From Octopus vulgaris (Eukaryota), in NCBI GenBank assembly GCA_951406725.2, contig OX597833.1:14508001-14572000 (forward strand): a DNA stretch of 64,000 nt, read 5' to 3'. Below, in pieces: positions 1 to 12,075 of the stretch (the first letter of the stretch is position 1; each line of letters opens with the position of its first letter). A program made the translations under genes and the position numbers. The notes beneath the pieces are model-generated. The model worked only from the letters and a program-made list of their open reading frames with translations, searched no databases and had not been told where the DNA came from.

Positions 1-217
1 CCAAGCGATGTTGGGGGAAAAATACAGATACACAAACATATACACACATACATATATATATATATATATACATACATACGACGGGCTTCTTTCAGTTTCC
101 GTCAACCAAATCCACTCACAAGGCTTTGGTCGGTCCGTGGCTATAGTAGAAGACACTTGCCGAAGGTGCCACGCAGTGGGACCGAACCCAGAACCACGTG
201 GTTGGCAAGCAAGCTTA
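1..217 (-). mobile_element. tRNA-derived SINE family A, partial
   Basis: Reverse complement of the family A body (ccttggcaagtgtcttctactatagcc...gtgagtggatttggt..gacggaaactgaaagaagccc) with internal (AT)/(GT) tract. Confidence 0.85.
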
Positions 218-536
218 TTTGTAATTTAATTTTCGATTCCATTATAATATTGATTTTAGGGATTCTGTTGTATTCGCAAAATCCTTTGTCCTTTACAAAA
301 TCTTTCAATAGTAGAGAAACCTCCACTTTTTTCCGGATATATCCCTGGCTTTTCTGCCATCGACTATAGAAATATTAAAATACGGATGCGACTATCAGCA
401 TTTTTTTTCTATTATCGAAGGCACCACATGATTGTATAACTATATATCCTTGATCGTTAATCCATGGATATATTCAATGTTTATTTTAAATATACCCTAT
501 GTATATTTAATGTATATTTTAAATATACCCAGACAA

Positions 537-934
537 AGGAGTGGCTGTGTGGTAAGTAGCTTGCTTGCCTACCAGATGGTTCCGGGTTCAGATCCAACGC
601 GTGGCACTTTGACCAAGTGTCTTGTACTATAGCCTCGGGCCGACCAAAGCCTTGTGAGTAGATTTGGTGGACAGAAACCGTAAGGAGCCTGTCGTGTATA
701 TGTATATATATGTGAGTGTTTGTGTGTCTGTGTATGTCCCCCCAACATCGCTTGACAAACGATGCTGGTGTGTTCATGACCCCCGTAACGTGTGCGTCCC
801 CGTAACGTAGCAGTTCGGCAAAAGAGACCGATAGTACTAGGCTTACAAAGAATAAGTCATGGGGTCGATTTGCTCTACTAAAGGCGGTGCTCCAGCATGG
901 TCGCAGTCAAATGACTGAAACAAGTAAAAGAGTA
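537..934 (+). mobile_element. tRNA-derived SINE family A
   Basis: Head ggagtggctgtgtggtaag (box A) and ggttcagatcc (box B), internal microsatellite, tail gcagtcaaatgactgaaacaagtaaaagagta. Confidence 0.9.
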
Positions 935-1349
935 TGTATTTATTTCCAATATATGGATTTATGAACGCAACGAGATGTTTTTAGATTCTGTCTTCAAATT
1001 TCGTTGAGGTCGACTTTTCATTTTACTCTTTCGGTGCCTGTAAAATATATACACGATTGACATAATCGCCTTACTCTTTACTCCTAAAGAAATTGCTGGA
1101 CGTGTGCCAAAATTTGAAATCAAATATATAAATTCATTATATTTTCAAGTTCCTTTAATTAGCTGTCTGTACATATCATTGCAGTATCGCTGTAATTCTA
1201 ATTTCATTCAGATTTCGTCTGTTAACACGTCTTCAAATATTTTGACAAAAACAATATTATGTGAGAAATATATTACAAGAAATGTATCATTCCTGTAATT
1301 AATATTACCTGCTTATTCAGTTTACAAATCGCATTTGCTATGATAATTT

Positions 1350-1620
1350 TGTTGTGTCTGGGGAGAGTCATTTTCTTTTTGTACCTTATAATGTAACACA
1401 CTCACCGGTGAAATTTCCACTTATTTCTTATTTTTATTTTCCTAAAATTTTCGTTGTGTCTTGCAACCTTTTCAATAGTCTTGAGTCAAGACTATTGAAA
1501 AGGTTGCAAGACGCAACAAAAAATTTAGGAATATATAAAAAAGAAATAAATGGAAATTTCACCGGTGAGTGTGTTACATTATAAGGCACAAAAAGAAAAT
1601 GACTCTCCCCAGACACAACA
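1350..1620. repeat. 271-bp near-perfect palindrome, Penelope-like inverted terminal segment
   Basis: Arms 1350-1484 and 1486-1620 are reverse complements around one G at 1485 (cttga g tcaag), with a few mismatches. Confidence 0.95.
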
Positions 1621-2677
1621 GAATATGCTTCAACACACGAACTCATATAAAGAATCTTACAAGTCAAATCTAAAAACGAATTATGATAATTTTGATGTAA
1701 AGCTATTGACAACTCTGTTGTACATATTTGAATTCTTGTTTCAGTTTTCAATATTTTTTTTCAACGGTGTACACCAACATTATAGTATTCATACTACTGT
1801 CCACGTAGTGTTGTGCACAAAGGAATTACTTCTACATACTCCACTGTGAACCTCTAATTACGAGAAAACCATCAAGTAAATACGTGATATGGAGAATGTA
1901 ATGTATTTATTTCGCCATGAAGCTGGGCTTTATTTCCCAATGTCCCTTCCTACTAGCTGTACATAAATATATACATCACTATAGTGTTACTCTGGATTTG
2001 ATTATTTTCGCATGTATGGAAGCTTCGAGTTAATCGCTTTGACAAATGTAATAGTTTCGTTATAAAGGTGAACCTGTTATTGCTATAATCACTGTAATAG
2101 TTCACTTCCGTGGGATATTTTCAAATCCAATTTCTACTAGCTATTTTCGGTGATTCTATTATTTTTGTGCAGTGTTTTTCTGAGCAAATGCGTCGTAATT
2201 TTACCGTTGCTACTGAGATTGCTCGCTGTATATTACATGCTTTATATGTACTGATATATTTAAACCTTGGAAATAATGAAATCAATTTCGTTGTTGTTTT
2301 AGTCACAAAAGCCTCCACCGTCCATAGACTCCACCATACATCCCACTCCTAGGAACACGATCACTACTGGGGAATATACAGAAACACATTTTGTTTACTT
2401 CAGTATGAAGCTTATTTTCGTATTATTCGTTATTATATATCACCATATTATAACTCTAACCCTGATATTTTCAGTTTTATGAAACTACCTCGGAATCGAT
2501 TTGTGCAGAATAAGTGTTATTTGCAATATCTGCGAAATGTATATTGTTAAGATAAATTTAACACAATATTTCGGTAGAGTATTTTAAACACCAATCTTTC
2601 GATTCTTTCGTAGAAAGGAACTGGATTGTAGATTTTTACAATGAACATCAAATGTATAGGGAGTGGCTGTGTGGATA

Positions 2678-2868
2678 TAGGCGTAGGAGTAGCTGTTTGG
2701 TAAGTAACTTGCTTACCAACGACATGGTTCCGGGTTCACTCCCACTGCGCGGCACCTTGGGCAGATGTCTTCAACTATAGCTTCGGACCAACCAAAGCCT
2801 TGTGAGTGGATTTGGTAGACGGAAACTGAAAGAAGTCCGTCGTATATATGTGTATGTATATATGTATT

Positions 2869-2922
<54 letters not shown>

Positions 2923-3137
2923 TGTGACTGTGTTTCTCCCCCACCAACATCGCTTGACAACCGATGCTGGTGTGTTTACGTCCCCGTAACATAGCAGTTC
3001 GGCAAAAGAGGATGATCGAATAAGTACTAGGCTTACAAAGAATAAATCCTGGGGTCGATTTCCTCGCCTAAAAGCAGTGCTCCAGCATGGCTGCAGTCAA
3101 AATGACTGAAACAAATAAAAGAGTAATAGAGTAAAAG
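2678..3137 (+). mobile_element. tRNA-derived SINE family A
   Basis: Full head/body/tail match to other copies; short duplicated head just upstream. Confidence 0.9.
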
Positions 3138-3211
3138 AGTATTTGTGTTCTTGATATTTATCCTTTTTTTTTTCATAAGGTAACGAATAGGTAAAATTGT
3201 TTGTACCCCAG

Positions 3212-3495
3212 ACAAAATGATTAGCGGTATTTCATCTGTCTTTAAGTTCTGAGGTCAAATTCCACCGATGTCGACTTTACCTTTAATCCCTTCGGACTCG
3301 ATAAAAATAAATACCAGTTAAGCCCCGGAGTCGATGGAATCTACTAATTTCCTTCTCCGAAATTTCTGGATTTGTGTCAAAATTTGAAACCGATATTAAT
3401 TCTTGTTCATTGTGGCAGAATCGTTAGCACAACAGGCAAAATGCTTAGCGGTGTTTCATCCATTTTTACATTTTGAGTTCAAATTCTGCCGAGGC
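3212..3495 (+). mobile_element. SINE family C (Meta/MESC-like domain) fragments
   Basis: ttctgaggtcaaattcc..gtcgactttacctttaatcccttcggactcgataaaataaataccag, plus a second head at ~3410. Confidence 0.7.
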
Positions 3496-3499
3496 CCAA

Positions 3500-4440
3500 A
3501 TTGGCTTTTATTGTTCTTGATATGTTATTATTTTTATATATATTGATAGTTATAAGTTATGACAGTTATTAATTATGATATCCATTTATTTAGAATGATT
3601 TATTATTATTTTTATAAAGGGATGTAATGTATTACATATAATTTAATTTGAGAATTAATTTTGTTAGACAATACATTATTTAATAATTAGGTGGTATATT
3701 CATCAAGTAGTATTACATTGAAGTAAATTAGTTTATATGTTAATTGATATTTTGGTCAACTATATTATTGAGTGATATATTAAATCTATAGACACTACAT
3801 ATATATTAATTATATAGTTAGTTTATATAATGGGTGTATATTTGAACCATTTCTTATTTTTTATTCCAGTATTTATGCCTTGTACTAGAATTGTGTATAT
3901 TAATTAATTTTAAGGTTTTTAGTATTGATTGCTTAATGGGTATTAGACTGTATTTGGATGTTTATTAAATAAATACATTAATTGATAATTTGATTTAATG
4001 TATATAGTTTAAAGTGTTGTATTTAATTTTCAGTTAATGCATACTTTGTATCTGATATATATATATATATATATATATAGATAGATATACATATTAAAGA
4101 ATATATTTATATCTTAAAAGATTATTTACGTATATTTATTAATTAATTATTTTATTATTGTAGTTATTTTGAACCTGATGAGTGGCTATATTTATATTGA
4201 AGTGATTTTACTACTACTACTACTGATATTTTTACTATAATCATTTCTTAAGTATAGCCACGTAACACGTGTCGTTATTGTACCAAATATACACGTTTTA
4301 TTTATTATTTTGCACATTACTTACTCATTAGTAGATTTTTTATATTATACTTAATATTTCTATTATATGTAATTTTCTAGATGGTGTAATTAAAATTTTC
4401 ATTTAGAAATGATAAAAGGTGTTTTTTTTTTCTCATTTAT

Positions 4441-4445
<5 letters not shown>
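3500..4445 (+). mobile_element. AT-rich Penelope-like terminal region with hammerhead motif
   Basis: Contains a hammerhead at 4172-4276 and ends in (TA)n; its 3' part has an inverted homologue at ~35320-35475. Confidence 0.55.
4172..4276 (+). ncRNA. Type I hammerhead ribozyme motif, one core mutation
   Basis: AAC-CTGATGA-GTGGCTATA(long loop)TATAGCCAC-GTAAC-ACGT-GTC-GTT; stems I, II and III pair, GAAA box reads GTAA. Confidence 0.75.
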
Positions 4446-4531
<86 letters not shown>

Positions 4532-4963
4532 GCGGCAGAATTAACGTCCTTTTTCCATTTAATATCTTTTATAATATATAAATGTTTAAGTAATTTTTTA
4601 TTGATAAAAAATCTATTGCATTACTTAAAGAAACGAATAGTAAACTGATAAAAAAATCGCTGAAGTTTTATATATATATATATATTTATATATCCTCGTA
4701 GTTTTATTTGCTGTGAACCAGTAGGCGTTTCTTTGCAAAGAATATTACTTGGAATTAGCCCGAAACATTTCCATGGTTATTGTGAGCGGTGGCTAATTTC
4801 TCTGAGTTGATTATAATCTAATTTTCGATGTTAATTACGTGATTAATTAATTCCTTCGTGATTACTTGCAAAATCTTTGACAAGCAAAACGAGTGTCATT
4901 ATCATCCTGATGATTTGCATGTTTGTGTAGGCGTGTGACTTAGGGCATACGTTATTCAACGCG

Positions 4964-5348
4964 TGGAGGCGCAATGGCCCAGTGGTTAGGGCAGCGGACT
5001 CGTGGTCGTAGGATCGCGGTTTCGATTCCCAGACCGGGCGTTGTGAGTGTTTATTGAGCGAAAACACCTAAAGCTCTACGAGGCTTCGGCAGGGGATGGT
5101 GGTGATCCCTGCTGTACTCTTTCACCACAACTTTCTCTCACTCTTACTTCCTGTTTCTGTTGTACCTGTATTTCAAAGGGCCGGCCTTGTCACTCTCTGT
5201 GTCACGCTGAATATCCCCGGGAACTACGTTAAGGGTACACGTGTCTGTGGAGTGCTCAGCCACTTACACGTTAATTTCACGAGCAGGCTGTTCCGTTGAT
5301 CGGATCAACCGGAACCCTCATCGTCGTAACCGACGGAGTGCTTCCTTC
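4964..5348 (+). mobile_element. tRNA-derived SINE family B, tail 1
   Basis: Head ggaggcgcaatggcccagtggttagggcagcg...ggtttcgattccc; tail gtcgtaaccgacggagtgcttcc; flanking direct repeat tattcaac. Confidence 0.9.
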
Positions 5349-5359
5349 CTATTCAACTC

Positions 5360-5620
5360 ACGATCGTAAAGTCACGGAGACACCTTATGTCCTCGAGCAA
5401 GGCATTTCATTTCACGTTGATCCAGTCTAGAAAGCTAGCAAAAATAGTAAGATGAGATTTACTTGTAATTCAAAGAACCAACGTTGTTACATTCAGTGTC
5501 ACGCTGAATCTCCCTCAGAACTACGTTACGAATACGCATGTCTGTGGGGCACTCAGCCATTTGCACACTAAATTTCAACAGTCGCCTGCTTCATTGATTG
5601 AATCACTTTGAACACACCCC
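5360..5620 (+). mobile_element. Degenerate SINE, CORE-like body plus tail 1
   Basis: ctcgagcaaggcatttcatttcacgttgatccagtc (like family E body) followed by gtcacgctgaatctccctcagaactacgtt (tail 1). Confidence 0.6.
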
Positions 5621-6311
5621 GTATTAACGATGAAATACCAATACTTGTTTTTTCCTTTTGACTGTTTGGCAAATCCTTCAGTCTTGGTGTATCGAGGTGC
5701 ATTAAAACTGCAAATTACATATGGGAGGTTTCGTAATCTTGCTGGCGAAAGTATAACGTCACCGTATACTTCCATGTATGTCTGAGGTTAGGAAAGTAAT
5801 CGCGGTGCCCAGATAGAATATACAATACACTACGCCATTTTATTAAAACAGAATATAACGAAATGTTAGTGCCAAGTAGTGTTTCGGCAAAAGCAAAATT
5901 TGGGTCAGTTAAAATGTGTTTGCGACATATTTCAGTTGCTAAAAGGCAAATTTACTGCACACAGTCAGCTCCATATGTCCATATGCGTAGGTACGTACTT
6001 AAGTATATATGCATATATTATATAAACATGTATGTTTTATGATTGAATGAATCTATAATATATATATATATATATATATAGCTTATGACGAAACCATGGT
6101 ATGCTTTGCTTTCTGACTTTTTAATCATCTCATAATAATGACTTTTCTGACTTTTATTCCTACCTCAGTTCATCTAATTGTATATATCTGTCGTTACCTT
6201 TCATAAAGAGCCTTTTCTGTTTTTATTTACAATGTGCTTTTTTGTTGATCTTTCTTATTTTCCCCTTACATTTCCACGTGTATTTTATATTTTCTTTTTG
6301 TAGCATATTTC

Positions 6312-6385
<74 letters not shown>

Positions 6386-6887
6386 GCGCAGGAGTGGCTG
6401 TGTGGTAAGTAGCGTGGAGAAAATATACCTCGTATGGTAAAAACGTGTGTAAATAAAGTGCGTGTTTTCACAACTTTTTACTACAGGAGAAATATCTTCT
6501 CCTCGGTAAACTGCAGGGAATTTGCCTCTGAGTCACTTGAAATATGTCACAAGAATATATGGCAAGTAACCTGAAATTTCTGAATACACATTACTATATG
6601 TACGCGCAAGGATGTATCTGACTCATACACTCTTCACTCCCCTGACATTTGTTCATTACCGCATATGCTTTATACGCACTTTTGACAAGTTGTGGTGCAC
6701 CTGAGCACTGTATACAAAAATTTCATTATTATTATTTTAATATATTTTCGACAGTTTCTTTGAATTGTATGGAATCACATGATTCTATTGGTGTTCTAAG
6801 CCAGAGTTTAATCCACTTTGTGTTCTTGCATTAATGGCGTTCAGAAACGCTATATGTATAACATGACTGTTAAATATCTATTCCTAT

Positions 6888-7053
6888 AGGCGCAGAAGTG
6901 GCTATGTGGTAAGTAGCTTGCTAACCAACCACATAGTTCCGGGTTCAGTCCCACTGCGTGGCACCTTGGGTAAGTGTCTTCTGCTATAGCCCCGGGCCGA
7001 CCAATCTTTTGTGAGTGGATTTGGTAGACGGAAACTGAAAGAAGCCTGTCATA

Positions 7054-7094
<41 letters not shown>

Positions 7095-7345
7095 GTGTGT
7101 GTATATATGTGTGTGTGTGTGTGTGTGTATGTGTTTGTGTGTCTGTGTTTGTCTCCCTAGCATTGCTTGACAACCGATGCTGGTGTGTTTACGTCTCCGT
7201 CACTTAGCGGTTCGGCAAAAGATACCGATAGAATAAGTACTGGGCTTACAAAGAATAAGTCCCGGGGTCGATTTGCTCGACTAAAGGTGGTGCTCCAGCA
7301 TGGCCGCAGTCAAATGACTGAAACAAGTAAAAGAGAGTAAAAGAG
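6888..7345 (+). mobile_element. tRNA-derived SINE family A
   Basis: Full-length match to family. Confidence 0.9.
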
Positions 7346-7807
7346 GTAGCATATTATTTGTGAAAATTCACTTAAACGGAAATTAGCTTCGGTTATTTGA
7401 ATGTTTGATAAAATGTTTGCAAGGAAAACGAGGGATATTGGGGTTAATACCTTATAGCGTTGGTTTGTCTAGCAACGTATATGTAATTAGAAATGCGAAA
7501 TCTCAAATTAATTTATCTGTAAAATTGTAGAGGAGGATGTCAAGTTTCCATCTCTTTATTAATGAATTTCCAAATAAAGAAGAAATATCGCTGAACATAG
7601 GGTTTATATTATGAATTTTTAATGTTAAGCCTAATAGAATTTTGATGTTTTGAAGCGATGCAGCCTGTCAGCTCGGTACATCAATGCAGTAGTTACGTAC
7701 GTATGTACGTACATATGTATATATGTATATATGCATGTATGTATTTATGTATGTATATATGTATGTATGTATTTATGTATGTATATATGTATATAAGCAT
7801 GTATCTT

Positions 7808-7979
7808 AGGCGCAGGAGTGGCTGTGGGGTAAGAGGCTTGCTTACCAACCACATATTTCTGGGTTCAGTCCCACTGCGTGGCATCTTGGGCAAGTGTCTT
7901 CTGCTATAGCCTCGGGCCGACCAATGCCTTGTGAGTGGATTTGGTAGACGGAAACTGGAAGAAGCCCGTCGTATATATG

Positions 7980-8020
<41 letters not shown>

Positions 8021-8252
8021 ATGTGTGTGTGTGTGTATGTTTGCGTGTCTGTGTTTGTCCTGTGTTTGCTTGACAACCGATGCTGGTGTGTTTACGTCCC
8101 CGTCACTTAGCGCTTCGGCAAAAGAGACCGATAGAATAAGCACTAGGCTTACAAAGAATAAGTCCCGGGGTCGATTTGCTCGACTAAAGGCGGTGCTCCA
8201 GCATGGCCGCAGTCAAATGACTGAAACAAGTAAAAGAGTAAAGAGAGAGTAA
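7808..8252 (+). mobile_element. tRNA-derived SINE family A
   Basis: Full-length match; flanked by direct repeat taagcatgtatct. Confidence 0.9.
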
Positions 8253-8354
8253 GCATGTATCTATTTACGTATGTATGTATATATATATATATATATGTAT
8301 GTATTTATGCATGTATGTATGTTTATATGATTGAATGAATATATATATCATATA

Positions 8355-8810
8355 TACAACTAATGTAGGATAAAATTTTTTTCGGGAAAAAAATTTTATC
8401 AATGGCCAGCATATCAAAAAATACATTTACAGGTTAACTTTATAGATAATTTACAAGATAAGGGCAAAATAAAAATTCTAATGCCAAATATGCCGAAAAA
8501 AAGCCAAAAATTGTCAATAACCATTATAGTTTATGCGTCTCGAAACAAACCGATAGAAATTTTAAAAAAATTCGTTATTGCCGTATTGGTCCAATTTCGG
8601 GGTTAATTCACAAGAAATTTTCCCCTCTTCAGCGGCAAATACGCGATATATAAGTGAAATACTTACTCATACCCATGGAAAAACAATCACTAAAAAAGTC
8701 CCAACGACTGAAACTGGTACTAAAATGTTTTTTCTAAAATTATTTTAGCATTTTCTATATTGACTTTTTTTCCCCATATATATCAACTCGTGTGTTCCTC
8801 TTCAACCTTC
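8355..8810 (-). mobile_element. Hammerhead-bearing Penelope-like non-autonomous repeat, copy 1
   Basis: Homologous to 37110-37420; both abut (TA)-rich tracts; contains hammerhead. Confidence 0.7.
8578..8638 (-). ncRNA. Type I hammerhead ribozyme, intact core
   Basis: Minus strand reads TTGCCG-CTGAAGA-GGGG(19-nt loop)CCCC-GAAA-TTG-GAC-CAA-TA-CGGCAA; all three stems pair and both core boxes are canonical. Confidence 0.85.
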
Positions 8811-8821
8811 TATATATATAT

Positions 8822-9250
<429 letters not shown>

Positions 9251-9289
9251 CGCAGGAGTGGCTGTGTGGTAAGTAACTTGCTGACTCCC

Positions 9290-9670
9290 AGCCTGACCCC
9301 TTCACATTCCTTCGTGTGGCCGAACATCTTCTGTCCCTTAAATGCTTCTCGTTCGCGGAGGAATTTCACCAACAGCTCTCGGGAATTGCCAGGAGTATGG
9401 GAATAGGCCTCCAACTATCCGAACCTGATCGATGGATCGGTTGAGTCAATTCTATGGTCCCACTCCCGTAATATGCCGTCGTCATATCGTTGCTTGTATC
9501 GGCGCGATCTCCCTTTCCCGCGAGCAACTAGACGCCTTCCTCTCTTTTGTCCAATCCTTCCATCCTGTCCTTGGATTCTCCTGCCCTACCTCTAACTCTT
9601 CCGTCGAATTTCTCGACATTTCTGTCAGCATACACCACCACTCCGCTCTCACTATTTCCATCCACTAAAA
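9290..9670 (+). pseudogene. Penelope-like reverse transcriptase fragment
   Basis: Translates as [30 protein letters not shown], then RRHIVACIG (decayed RYIDD), EQLDAFLSFVQSFHPVLGFS..SNSSVEFLDISVSI..LTISIH; matches PLE RT motifs FHP.LKFT, V.FLD, TSIHYK; frameshifted. Confidence 0.8.
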
Positions 9671-9675
9671 GATGC

Positions 9676-9752
9676 CCAGTGAGCACATGGCGTAGTGGTT
9701 ATGAGCGCTGGCTACAAACACAAAAATTCCGAGTTCGACTGCAGGCAGTGAT

Positions 9753-9814
<62 letters not shown>

Positions 9815-9867
9815 CGATGATGATGATCATAATAATAATAATAATAATAATAAAAACGATGATGATG

Positions 9868-9928
<61 letters not shown>

Positions 9929-9939
9929 CGATGATGATG

Positions 9940-10038
<99 letters not shown>

Positions 10039-10084
10039 TAATAATAATAACAATAGCAATAACAATAACAACAACAATAGCAAT

Positions 10085-10149
<65 letters not shown>

Positions 10150-10330
10150 GCAACAACATCGGAAAATACCTTAGGAATGAGAACCCAGGTTCAAAGTTTC
10201 CCCAAGACACCTGATAATGGCTGGAGGATATATCAGCCGAAACGTTGTGTTAACAACAAACAAGATGAGGACAAATATCTATCAAATGTAAATAATGTAA
10301 ATACTGTACGTAATTCCTCATCTCTTAAAT
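9676..10330 (+). mobile_element. Composite tRNA-head/(AAT)n/hammerhead element, copy 1
   Basis: tggcgtagtggtt (box A), gagttcgact (box B), ~390 bp (AAT)n, ccttaggaatgagaacccaggttc, hammerhead-like motif, tail aatgtaaataatgtaaat. Confidence 0.8.
10207..10250 (+). ncRNA. Minimal hammerhead motif, degenerate
   Basis: ACAC-CTGATAAT-GGCTG(loop)CAGCC-GAAACGTT-GTGT; palindromic AACGTT stem III; core reads CTGATAA. Confidence 0.65.
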
Positions 10331-10384
10331 ATATGAATATATTCAGCTGCAATATATCTATAAAGTATAATTTGACTGCACAAA

Positions 10385-10720
10385 TACACACACACAAACA
10401 CACACATACATACACACACATCGCACACACAAACACAAACACACACACACACCAAAATATTTCGAGACTTTTGCTATAACAGCGGAGCAAAAGTAAGGAA
10501 ACTGAAGGCGCTTGGCGAAGCTTGTTTACGAACCTTGTCGCACACATATCACACACACACACACATACACACGCACACACAAACACAAACACACACAAAC
10601 ACACACACACGCACACAAACACACTCACACATACACTCAAACACACACACAAACACAAACACACACACTCACACACACACACACACACACGCTCACAAAC
10701 ACACACGCATACACACACAA

Positions 10721-10751
<31 letters not shown>

Positions 10752-10850
10752 AACACACACACATACACTCAAACACACACACACACAAACACAAACACGC
10801 ACACTCACACACACACGCTCACAAACACACACACTCTCACACACACACAC
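10385..10850. repeat. Imperfect (CA)n microsatellite
   Basis: Direct inspection. Confidence 0.9.
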
Positions 10851-10905
10851 AAAATTATAACGTTCGAGCTCACCTTCGTTATTTATAGGTATGCTTGTAA
10901 GTGAT

Positions 10906-11286
10906 GGAAGCACTCCGTCGGTTACGACGATGAGGGTTCCGGTTGATCCGACCAACGGAACAGCCTGCTCATGAAATTAACGTGTAAGTGGCTGAGCACT
11001 CCACAGACACGTGTACCCTTAACGTAGTTCTCGGGGATATTCAGCGTGACACAGAGAGTGACAAGGCCGGCCCTTTGAAATACAGGTACAACAGAAACAG
11101 GAAGTAAGAGTGAGAGAAAGTTGTGGTGAAAGAGTACAGCAGGGATCACCACCATCCCCTGCCGGAGCGTCGTGGAGCTTTAGGTGTTTTCGCTCAATAA
11201 ACACTCACAACGCCCGGTCTGGGAATCGAAACCGCGATCCTACGACCGCGAGTCCGCTGCCCTAACCACTGGGTCATTGCGCCTCC
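10906..11286 (-). mobile_element. SINE family B, tail 1
   Basis: Full-length reverse complement; TSD gcttgtaagt. Confidence 0.9.
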
Positions 11287-11309
11287 GCTTGTAAGTAAAG
11301 TGTGTATAA

Positions 11310-11580
11310 TGTAGTCTTCTCAGAATGAAGATCAGGCTTCAGCCGATCGGTATCTCCTTTGTTGTGTCGAAGAAAATTGGAACTTTTGAGAGCTGTCATA
11401 AGAGGTGACGAATCGTGGATCTAAGGATATAACCTCTAAATAAAGGCTTCATCGACGTCGATGACATCCAAGCAACTGTGACGAGGTAGCAGCTTGCTAT
11501 TCCACAAAAAAGAGTTCCAGGAATGTTTCAACAGCGGAAACGATGCTTCACAATAAGTGTTCTGCCTAGAAGATGATTAA
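11310..11580 (+). pseudogene. Decayed mariner transposase
   Basis: VIRGDESWI*GYN (ITGDESW.YGYD motif) and FIDVDDIQATVTR..AIP..EFQECF; TIR-like ttttgaacagacctcgta at ~12179-12196. Confidence 0.7.
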
Positions 11581-11594
11581 ATGCCGAATTTAAA

Positions 11595-12075
11595 GTCGCT
11601 GCTCTGAGCTGAAACTACAGGGAGAAAAAATCACTATTTAAGCAATGATTTACGTTCCCAGTTCAAATTCCGCCGAGGTCGACTTTGCCTTTCATCCTTT
11701 CGTGGTTGATAAATTAAGTACCAGTTGCGTACTGGGGTCGATCTAATTGACTGATCCTCTTCCACAAAATTTCGGACCTTGTGCCTAGTGTAGAAAAGAA
11801 TATTTAAGCAATGATATCCATGTGTATTATTTATAGACAAGAAGACACGCTTGAAAATGAAATTCAAAAAGCATGTTTAAAAATACAATTCAAACAGCCT
11901 GTTGAAACATATCCTTTAGAACCTCGAGATGCGATCTATTGTTAACAGTTATTTGATCATAGATGTATCGGACACATAAGCATTCAAGAGCGTAATATAG
12001 TCTCAAGAATATCTTGATATAACGTAGGTTTTTTTTTTTAATTAGATCATCATAGATGTATTGAACACGTTAGCC
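11595..12075 (+). repeat. Left arm of ~480-bp inverted duplication
   Basis: Reverse complement of 13479-13957; contains a family C SINE piece with TSD tatttaagcaatgat. Confidence 0.95.

Noticed and set aside
5047-5299. Recurrent ORFs MFIERKHLK.. / MVVIPAVLFH..
   Set aside because: Chance frames within SINE family B copies, not a protein family.
9712-10955. Long ORFs of poly-I/L/Y, HT/CV and similar repeats (also at 17052, 18702, 26296, 30469, 37848, 59348)
   Set aside because: Translations of microsatellites that lack stop codons; no coding evidence.
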